In this document: one piece after another, positions 1 through 6,595 of the stretch
Position numbering within the stretch: the stretch's first letter is position 1
Layout of the letters: the number at the start of each line of letters is the position of its first letter
Virus record (IMG/VR): IMGVR_UViG_3300024336_000005
Coordinates: 140,009 to 204,008 of that record
Direction: 5' to 3' (one strand)
Length of the DNA stretch: 64,000 nucleotides
The notes under the pieces: generated by a model
Databases searched by the model: none
The model's input: the letters and a program-made list of their open reading frames with translations, nothing else
What the model was told of the DNA's origin: nothing
Made by a program: the position numbers and the translations under genes

Positions 1-1
1 G

Positions 2-349
2 GCGCGCGAGGTCGATCTTCTCTTGCAGAGGATTGAACTAAAGCTCCACCCACGTAAGGTAAAGCTTATGCCATACTATCAGAGACAGATTGTCACTGGC
101 ATTGTGGTAAATAATGAAAAATTGACGCTACCTAGATGGTACAAAGAGGAACTCTTCCTTGCTACAAAGGGAGAGGATCCGTCTACCTTCGATGAACAAT
201 TCAGGGGTGTTCTTGAGTATGTTCGTTCGGTAGATTCACAATTCTATAAAAAAATGTGCAACCATATGATTGCACCAAAGGAGAATGAAGATGGCAACAC
301 TTCCAGAGTGGATCACAGAGGTCCGATTTTATGCAACGACTCCCAGTAG
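2..349 (+). CDS. Retron-type reverse transcriptase, C-terminal fragment (5' end outside window)
   Basis: Frame open from base 2. LKLHPRKVKLM...RQIVTGIVVN..KLTLPR matches RT domain 7 with the retron VTG signature and start of the thumb. The YADD motif is not in the window. Confidence 0.75.
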   Translation, partial: AREVDLLLQRIELKLHPRKVKLMPYYQRQIVTGIVVNNEKLTLPRWYKEELFLATKGEDPSTFDEQFRGVLEYVRSVDSQFYKKMCNHMIAPKENEDGNTSRVDHRGPILCNDSQ

Positions 350-650
350 TGACCGCGCCCCTCAGGCACGCGGTTCAGTAACATTTGCTGGTGCTGTTTA
401 CTCACAGTTCACAGTCTGGCAGTCAAACGATGGCGCCCTTCAGGTTGTACTGCCGAGAGTAAAGAACCCAAAGTATAATCCTGACGAAGCTCACTCGAAG
501 ACCAACAAGATGTACTTCGAAGAGGTTGGTTGTACCAGCGGAGAGAAGAGGGAAGAGCTTGGCAAGGCTATCATTGGAAGCCTTCTCGAAGAGAGGAAGG
601 CGACTCCAGTCAAGGAGAGCAACACAGGTTCGGACGGCATTCCGTTTTAA
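291..650 (+). CDS. SpoVG-like (PC4/whirly-fold) nucleic-acid-binding protein with SSB-like tail
   Basis: ITEVRF...ARGSVTF...FTV..SNDGALQVVLPR...REELGKAII follows the SpoVG pattern. Ends GSDGIPF. SD AAGGAG at 278-283 before ATG 291. Confidence 0.6.
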   Translation: MATLPEWITEVRFYATTPSSDRAPQARGSVTFAGAVYSQFTVWQSNDGALQVVLPRVKNPKYNPDEAHSKTNKMYFEEVGCTSGEKREELGKAIIGSLLEERKATPVKESNTGSDGIPF

Positions 651-660
651 GGAGTAGCTC

Positions 661-963
661 ATGAAGATTGAAGACGTCAAGTTCCTCAAGAGTGACTGCA
701 CTGTCTCTGGCGCTATCGTAGATAACGTTGGACGTGGTGAAAATCGTTCGCCCCGTTGGGGCGGAGGAATTCAAGGAACAATTGTAGGGAATAATTTTCT
801 GGGGCAGGGAGTGAATGCTGTAACAATCATTCATCATCCCACTCAGATTACAACCACAGTGGACACCTTTACTCCGAAGAGGAACAAAGAGCTTGCCTTC
901 ATTAAGCTCGAGATGCTTGTCAACAAGTGGATCGAAGAAGTTAAGGCGCGGATGGGCTCCTGA
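661..963 (+). CDS. Peptide release factor (RF-1 domain)-like small protein, GGQ degenerate
   Basis: LGQGVNAVTIIHHPTQITTTV...KRNKELAFIKL resembles RF GGQxVN..SAVRITHLPTGI.V...QHKNKxxA. SD AAGGAG upstream. Confidence 0.5.
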   Translation: MKIEDVKFLKSDCTVSGAIVDNVGRGENRSPRWGGGIQGTIVGNNFLGQGVNAVTIIHHPTQITTTVDTFTPKRNKELAFIKLEMLVNKWIEEVKARMGS

Positions 964-1283
964 TGGGAGTCTTCAGCATGGCTCGCACTCAAGCCTTGGC
1001 AACTGCCTTCTCAAAGGCAATTGGAGAGACAGAAGGCTTGCATGATGTTGAGATTGCCTACGCCTTAGCAGCAACGATGCGTGGTCTTGGTGAAGTGCTA
1101 TACGATAAAGAAGACACCTCTAAGGAGGCTGTCCTCGAAGACTATGCAAGCTCACCAAGTTGGGCTGGAGCTTTAATGATACATGCAGATCAAATCCATG
1201 TAATCAGAGAGCTTTTCATTCGGACAAAAGAATCCAATATAGATGAAGGAGTTGAAACAGACTCCAAGGAGACAGACGAATAA
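963..1283 (+). CDS. Hypothetical protein
   Basis: ORF coupled to both neighbours (TGATG and TAATG overlaps). Confidence 0.7.
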   Translation: MGVFSMARTQALATAFSKAIGETEGLHDVEIAYALAATMRGLGEVLYDKEDTSKEAVLEDYASSPSWAGALMIHADQIHVIRELFIRTKESNIDEGVETDSKETDE

Positions 1284-1855
1284 TGGAGCAGGAACAGTTT
1301 GATACACTAGTTAGAGGGATCTCAGCGGTCCTTGATAATGTAAGGACCCCACAGTTTCGCCCTCCCTCAGTAAACTTCTTCATGCCTAATCGAGGCCAGC
1401 TGCAGTTTACAATCGCCGCTCCACGTTATCGTGAAGTTGAGCGAAAGAATCCTAAGGATGCTGGAGTTCGCTGGGCAGATAAGATGGGAGCGGTCTTCGT
1501 TGAGGCAGCTCCTGCCTTGCCGAACTCAGACAAGCTGGACTGGGACAATAAGAAGATGATCTTTGCCATGTCAGACAAGGACATCGGCCAGGTCCTTTGG
1601 GGCTTTGCTGCCAAGAAGGAAGACATCCGACTTGTTCACGCTCCTGATGAAAATGCAAAGCAAAACAATAAGACCTTCCGAATCCGAAAGGGAGATGACT
1701 TTAGAGGCGAGCCTCAGTGGATTCTATCTCTTACGGAAAAGAAGAATGGAGAGTCAAATGAAGTCTCTGTGTTCATCAAGGGACCGGATATGATGAGACT
1801 CAAGTCGCTGTTGGAGGGAGCAATTCCCTACATACTGGGCGCCCATCGAACTTAG
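1283..1855 (+). CDS. Whirly-family ssDNA-binding protein
   Basis: GAVFVEAAPA...DWDNKKMIFAMSDKDIG...LVHAP...IPYILG parallels plant Whirly G.VLLQFAPA...YDW.RKQVFSLSVTEIG...FFHDP...PYLLGW. Confidence 0.7.
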   Translation: MEQEQFDTLVRGISAVLDNVRTPQFRPPSVNFFMPNRGQLQFTIAAPRYREVERKNPKDAGVRWADKMGAVFVEAAPALPNSDKLDWDNKKMIFAMSDKDIGQVLWGFAAKKEDIRLVHAPDENAKQNNKTFRIRKGDDFRGEPQWILSLTEKKNGESNEVSVFIKGPDMMRLKSLLEGAIPYILGAHRT

Positions 1856-1864
1856 GAGAATCAG

Positions 1865-2380
1865 TTGCTATTGTGGCTGTACCTTTTGTCACTTCCCTTG
1901 ATGGCTTGCCAGCCATACTCAGACAGCTATTACTCACATCTTCCTGATGCAGAGCACAGAAGTGCGACCTGCCAAAAAGGTGTGAGTATAGGCATGCTGT
2001 ATGGTCTGGATCCTGAGATGGTTGCTGCTCTTCTAATGGAAGAGCAAAGGCATGCCGATAAAGATTATGAGGGCGGCATTCGCGGTCCTTTCCAAGTGTC
2101 AGCAAAAGATTGGTGTGAGGGCGGAACGTTTTCCACCTGTGCTGATCTAAACATTGCTGGTGCAAGAGCAATATCTCTTTTAAGAAATTGCTCAAAAATA
2201 AACTGGTCTAATTATGAATGCAAAAGGGAGAGGCGTAAGCCTCTTCCTTGGAGCAAGGTCCTCTGTCACTATGCCTCTGGCAACAAGTGCACAAAGAAGG
2301 GACTTGCTTACACCAAGCGTGTTATGAGATGGAGAAATAATGTCCGACGCTACAGTAGACTACGACTTGCTAGAAGGTAA
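1865..2380 (+). CDS. SLT/lytic transglycosylase-like protein with N-terminal hydrophobic signal
   Basis: YGLDPEMVAALLMEE (catalytic Glu region), GPFQV, NIAGARAI and HYASG motifs. Confidence 0.6.
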   Translation: MLLWLYLLSLPLMACQPYSDSYYSHLPDAEHRSATCQKGVSIGMLYGLDPEMVAALLMEEQRHADKDYEGGIRGPFQVSAKDWCEGGTFSTCADLNIAGARAISLLRNCSKINWSNYECKRERRKPLPWSKVLCHYASGNKCTKKGLAYTKRVMRWRNNVRRYSRLRLARR

Positions 2381-2846
2381 AGCCATTCGGCTCCTATTGG
2401 AGTCCAATGGAAAGCAGCTCAGCGTAAAGGAAGTCTTTGATGCAATGCTCGCAGAACAGGACGCACATGCTTTAGCCCAAAGGCTTCCTCAAGAGGAGAG
2501 CGCTGCAGCGCAACTTGTTGCTGCCTGCTATGCCTTGGTTCCCGGCCTGCATGTAGAGTCTATGTACTATGGGCTAATCTTAGCAGCCTATCTGAATAGA
2601 AATAATATTGAGCTAAGCGTTGAGTCTACTGATATGACACTTGAAGACTGTGCCATAAAGAGGAAGAGCCTGGCGATGGAGATTAACACCATCATGAAGA
2701 GGGCCTTTGATCGAACTCAAGAGCACTTCAAGGGTGCAGAAGCAATGCTATTTGAACTAGAAAGGGGACTGCGTGAAGATACTGATCTATGTGAAGAAGA
2801 ATCAACAGGAGCCTCTCTCGATAGTCTCGAAGGCTCTGAGGGATAG
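2340..2846 (+). CDS. Hypothetical protein
   Basis: 168-aa ORF with SD GGAG. Confidence 0.65.
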   Translation: MSDATVDYDLLEGKAIRLLLESNGKQLSVKEVFDAMLAEQDAHALAQRLPQEESAAAQLVAACYALVPGLHVESMYYGLILAAYLNRNNIELSVESTDMTLEDCAIKRKSLAMEINTIMKRAFDRTQEHFKGAEAMLFELERGLREDTDLCEEESTGASLDSLEGSEG

Positions 2847-3297
2847 CATCAAGGGAGGGTTTGAATGGGAGGTTGTCTCCTGTTGGGATGACTTCGCCGA
2901 TGCTCTTGGGGTGTTTAAGGTTTATGCAGAGGATGGTGCGCCAAGACCTGGTGTTCACATTGACCTTAAGTGGCCAAGTCCTACGACATTCATAAAGAAG
3001 CCCGCGCTAAAAGAAAAGGTGTGGGCAGACATAGAGACTAAGCTTGTCCCCTTGTTTCATAAGAAGGCTCCTGATAGGGAGCCTCTTGTCCTTACGGACC
3101 ATCAGCTTCAAACAATCCTAAAGCTCCTTGGGGAGGCAAAGATTCCATTTGAAGTAGACCATCCCAATGGATCAGTCATAGGGATAAATAAGAACCATGG
3201 GGTGGAGTACAGTTTAACTTCTGCAGACGTTGCCTCTATGGTGGCTGCTGCTTGGCTATTCAAGTCTGGCTCGGTACGCCTCGAACGAAAAGAGTAG
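2773..3297 (+). CDS. Hypothetical protein
   Basis: 174-aa ORF in the co-oriented gene run. Confidence 0.6.
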   Translation: MKILIYVKKNQQEPLSIVSKALRDSIKGGFEWEVVSCWDDFADALGVFKVYAEDGAPRPGVHIDLKWPSPTTFIKKPALKEKVWADIETKLVPLFHKKAPDREPLVLTDHQLQTILKLLGEAKIPFEVDHPNGSVIGINKNHGVEYSLTSADVASMVAAAWLFKSGSVRLERKE

Positions 3298-3311
3298 TCA
3301 AGGAAAGGTAG

Positions 3312-3470
3312 GTGCTGTTTAGCAAGTATGCTAAATTAGTAGTAGGTTACTTTGTATATGGTGCGGCGAGAGAGACGTCATTTAGAATTCATGGCGTCCT
3401 CAAAGAAATGGCTGAGCCAAACTTAACCTTAAATTCTGATTTTGAATATGTTATCTATAGCATTGATTGA
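3312..3470 (+). CDS. Small hypothetical protein (52 aa, below ORF-track cutoff)
   Basis: GTG at 3312 after purine-rich AGGAAAGG; reads MLFSKYAKLVVG...YSID* and fills the apparent gap. Confidence 0.5.
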   Translation: MLFSKYAKLVVGYFVYGAARETSFRIHGVLKEMAEPNLTLNSDFEYVIYSID

Positions 3471-3479
3471 AGAAGGCAG

Positions 3480-4220
3480 ATGGATTGGAAAGAAAGACCA
3501 GCAAAGCAGAAGGCAAGAGATTGGCTGCTGTCGCAGCTGGACCTAAAGAGGGTAGACACATACCTAGGCCTCCCCGCAGGAGAGGCCATCTTCGAGAGGC
3601 TCTTAGTAAAAGAACATCCCGTATCTTCAATGGAACTCTTTGAACGAGATTTGGACGTAGCTGAATATCTTAGGGAAAGCATCTTTGCTTATAACCTAAG
3701 AGGGACGACTCTTCCCGAATGGAAGCACGCTCGTAGCGTAATAGTGAATGAAACAGACGTAGACGTCTGGCTGGGTCTGGCGAGAGAATTCGCTCCGTCC
3801 TTCCCCTCTTACGATCTTGCTTGGTTGGACTACTGTGGTCCGATTACCTCTACGAGATTAGAGAACCTTCAAAACCTTGCCGAAGCCATGCCAGATGATG
3901 GAGTCCTTGCGGTCACATTTATGGCTTGCAGAGAAGGGGCTGAGGTGTTTGGCGAAATGGTAGAGGCCGACTCTTCTGTTGCTATCATTAGGAAGAACAG
4001 AAGGTCGGATGCAGAGACTCCAGAGAAGCATCTCAAAAGAATTAGAATTGTTACAAACGCTCTCCTTGAGAAGACCTTTCCCTTGAGGATAAAGGTACTT
4101 CCCTATCAAGATGGAGCTCCAATGTTGTTGTTTGTAATCAAGAAGTCAGACAGCAAAAGAGGGATTGTTTCTCTCGCACGAAGGACTTCTGTAGAGGTCC
4201 TTCCATCACTAAAGGATTAA
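3480..4220 (+). CDS. Class I SAM-dependent methyltransferase-like protein
   Basis: YLGLPAGEA (motif I-like), MELFERD (acidic end of strand 2), YDLAWLDYCG (motif IV-like), DGVLAVTF. Confidence 0.55.
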   Translation: MDWKERPAKQKARDWLLSQLDLKRVDTYLGLPAGEAIFERLLVKEHPVSSMELFERDLDVAEYLRESIFAYNLRGTTLPEWKHARSVIVNETDVDVWLGLAREFAPSFPSYDLAWLDYCGPITSTRLENLQNLAEAMPDDGVLAVTFMACREGAEVFGEMVEADSSVAIIRKNRRSDAETPEKHLKRIRIVTNALLEKTFPLRIKVLPYQDGAPMLLFVIKKSDSKRGIVSLARRTSVEVLPSLKD

Positions 4221-4222
4221 TC

Positions 4223-4498
4223 ATGAACGCAGAAACAGTAACAGTTGACGACCTTATCATTTACACAGCAAGCCTTGAGGCAGAGGTTACAGAACTGGAA
4301 GAGGATAGAGAGCTCTTGACTGTAGAGAACCGTGGCCTTCGTCGAAGTGTAGGGGCCTATAAGGCCAATGGAACACGTCGTCGCGCAGCTCAAACGGAAA
4401 CGCAGGAGCGGCTCCAGGAACTTGAGAGTGAGAACCTACGCTTGAGGCGTTCGGTGGCCGGCTATAAGGCAAATGCAACACGCCGCGCCAATCGATAA
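4223..4498 (+). CDS. Coiled-coil protein with internal duplication
   Basis: ENRGLRRSVGAYKANGTRRRA and ENLRLRRSVAGYKANATRRA. Confidence 0.65.
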   Translation: MNAETVTVDDLIIYTASLEAEVTELEEDRELLTVENRGLRRSVGAYKANGTRRRAAQTETQERLQELESENLRLRRSVAGYKANATRRANR

Positions 4499-5247
4499 TG
4501 GCCCTCTGGTTTGATGAGGAGGGCTGGCTTCATTCGGATGAAGCCGATCTCCTTGTGGAGCACAACAAGACTCATAAGTTCTCAAAGGGAATGCATTCCT
4601 ATATCAAAAAGAACTTTGGCAATCAGTTGCATGGAACCATTACGCACTATGACGCCTTGCCTTCCGCAAGGCGAACGATTCAGGGGATGACTTCACAGAG
4701 GAAGACCCCCTCAACTCACTTTATCATTGCGCGAGATGGAAGAATTCATCAGCTGGTTTCCATCCACGATAGAGCCTGGCATGCTGCCTTTAAGAGGCTC
4801 GGCGGTAAGGTTGTAGAATGGCCTAAGACCAATGGGCGTATGCCCATGGGCAATGGTCACACTACTGGAAGCCCCAACCAATGGTTCATCGGCATTGACC
4901 TTTCCAATTGGGGAAAGCTCGATGGACTAACACCTAGGATAGCAAGGTCTTGGACTGGTGAGCCTATCAATGAATCTGATGTCAGTATGGTTCGCGGTGT
5001 GTGCTGGGAGAGATACAGAAAGGAAGCAACCGACTCTTATGTTGAATTGCTGGCTGCTCTTATCTTAGAGTTGGACCTCAAGAAGAATATGCATTACAGA
5101 CATAGTGATACCTCTCCGACAAGGAAGGTAGATCCAGGTCCAGCCTTTGACTTCACAACATATCTCAATAATGCTTATCATTGTGTTGATACTCTAGATC
5201 GAATCTTTGATTTAGATAACTTAGATGAGGAAAACGAGGAGCCTTAA
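4498..5247 (+). CDS. N-acetylmuramoyl-L-alanine amidase (Amidase_2/AmpD-like)
   Basis: ITHY, STHFIIARDGRIHQLV..DRAWHA, IGIDL and HSD..P.RKVDPG motifs. Confidence 0.85.
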   Translation: MALWFDEEGWLHSDEADLLVEHNKTHKFSKGMHSYIKKNFGNQLHGTITHYDALPSARRTIQGMTSQRKTPSTHFIIARDGRIHQLVSIHDRAWHAAFKRLGGKVVEWPKTNGRMPMGNGHTTGSPNQWFIGIDLSNWGKLDGLTPRIARSWTGEPINESDVSMVRGVCWERYRKEATDSYVELLAALILELDLKKNMHYRHSDTSPTRKVDPGPAFDFTTYLNNAYHCVDTLDRIFDLDNLDEENEEP

Positions 5248-5861
5248 TGAGCGAACAAGTGCAACAGACCATTGATACGGCACATAAGCCTACGCTGAAC
5301 CCATCATCTGGGGCACTTAGAGACGCTTGGCTAAGGAGCTTCAGCGAGAATGCCGTCGTAGGCAGGCTCTATGGAGAGGGTGGCGCTGTCATTTCAAAGG
5401 GCATGTCACCCATGGCTTGGTTGACCAAGCTGAGGGTGTTAGACCCCGGCAAGAAGTTTCACACGCTCTCCCCAGAGGAGCTTCAAGCTGTTTGGATTGA
5501 ACTTGCCTACAACTACAACACCGCTGCCTCCTTCCATGCTAACTACACCCTTGTTGCCAAGGCTTTAGCAGGAGAGGTCGAGGGAGTTGAGAGCGAATTT
5601 ATCGGTAAGGAAATAAGTGAATATAAACCGGGCGGTAAGCATTGGGACGCAGTCCTAAAGAAGGCCCCTCGTGCACCCGGCAAGGAAGTCCTTGAGAGGT
5701 TAGCTCGAGTTCACACATCCACAGCTCGGAAAGAGCTTCGTTGGTATAACATCCAAGCTGAATTCTTTTACAATATCATGATGAACCTAGAGACACAGAG
5801 ACGGTGCCTTAAGGACTATAATGAAATGGCAAGGGCCGACCCCTCTAACAGAGGGTTCTAA
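5247..5861 (+). CDS. Hypothetical helical protein
   Basis: 204-aa ORF, TAATG-coupled, SD GAGGAG. Confidence 0.65.
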   Translation: MSEQVQQTIDTAHKPTLNPSSGALRDAWLRSFSENAVVGRLYGEGGAVISKGMSPMAWLTKLRVLDPGKKFHTLSPEELQAVWIELAYNYNTAASFHANYTLVAKALAGEVEGVESEFIGKEISEYKPGGKHWDAVLKKAPRAPGKEVLERLARVHTSTARKELRWYNIQAEFFYNIMMNLETQRRCLKDYNEMARADPSNRGF

Positions 5862-5869
5862 GGAATTAA

Positions 5870-6574
5870 ATGACAGACCAAAATTATACTGACGTTATCG
5901 TATTGCTTGATAAGAGTGGATCAATGAGATCCATTGCTGGTGCCACAGTCAAGGGCGTAGATGATCTTATCACTGAGCAGGCTGCCGTTGGTGGCAAGTG
6001 CCTTTTCACTTTGATTCAGTTCAATGTGAATATGGAAACCACTTATGATGCTATCCCCATCTGTGAAGCTGGGGAGTTTTCTAAGAGGGACTATCGTCCT
6101 GGTGGTGCGACGGCATTGATGGATGCCCTTGGGTATACCATCAACAATACAGGTGTCCGCTTTCAGATAATGAAAGAAGAAGAGCGCCCTAACAAGGTTT
6201 TGTTTGTCATTGTGTCAGACGGTCTTGAGAACCAGTCTCAAATGTTTAGAGCTGAGACAGTTGCACAAATGATTGCCCATCAAGAGAACTACTACAAGTG
6301 GGAGTTCGTCTTCATCGGAACAGATTTTGATGTCGCAGCAGAACAAGATAGGCTGAAGTTTAAGAGCGCCTACATATTCAATAAAGATGGCGCTGGCACT
6401 GATGGTATGTTTAAGGGTCTTTCTCGCAGCATTGCGCGAGCCCGTACAACTGGCGAGGACTACAACACGGCATACGTAGTTTCTTCGGCACAAGCCGTGG
6501 CGGCAGGAACAGCTGATGTAGAGAGTCTTGCGAAGGCCACAGAAGCCACAAAGGCCTCCGCCAATAAGCCCTAG
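5870..6574 (+). CDS. von Willebrand factor A (VWA) domain protein
   Basis: MIDAS DKSGSM, GATALMDA, IVSDGLEN, WEFVFIG. Confidence 0.85.
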   Translation: MTDQNYTDVIVLLDKSGSMRSIAGATVKGVDDLITEQAAVGGKCLFTLIQFNVNMETTYDAIPICEAGEFSKRDYRPGGATALMDALGYTINNTGVRFQIMKEEERPNKVLFVIVSDGLENQSQMFRAETVAQMIAHQENYYKWEFVFIGTDFDVAAEQDRLKFKSAYIFNKDGAGTDGMFKGLSRSIARARTTGEDYNTAYVVSSAQAVAAGTADVESLAKATEATKASANKP

Positions 6575-6595
6575 CATTCGCTAGGAGGAGCATGC

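Noticed and set aside
2-349. Diversity-generating retroelement targeting tail fibres
   Set aside because: The RT has a retron-type VTG rather than a DGR-type LG motif, and no TR/VR pair differing at adenines was noticed in the window.
5247-5861. UvsY-like recombination mediator
   Set aside because: Only general helical character; no specific motif I can support.
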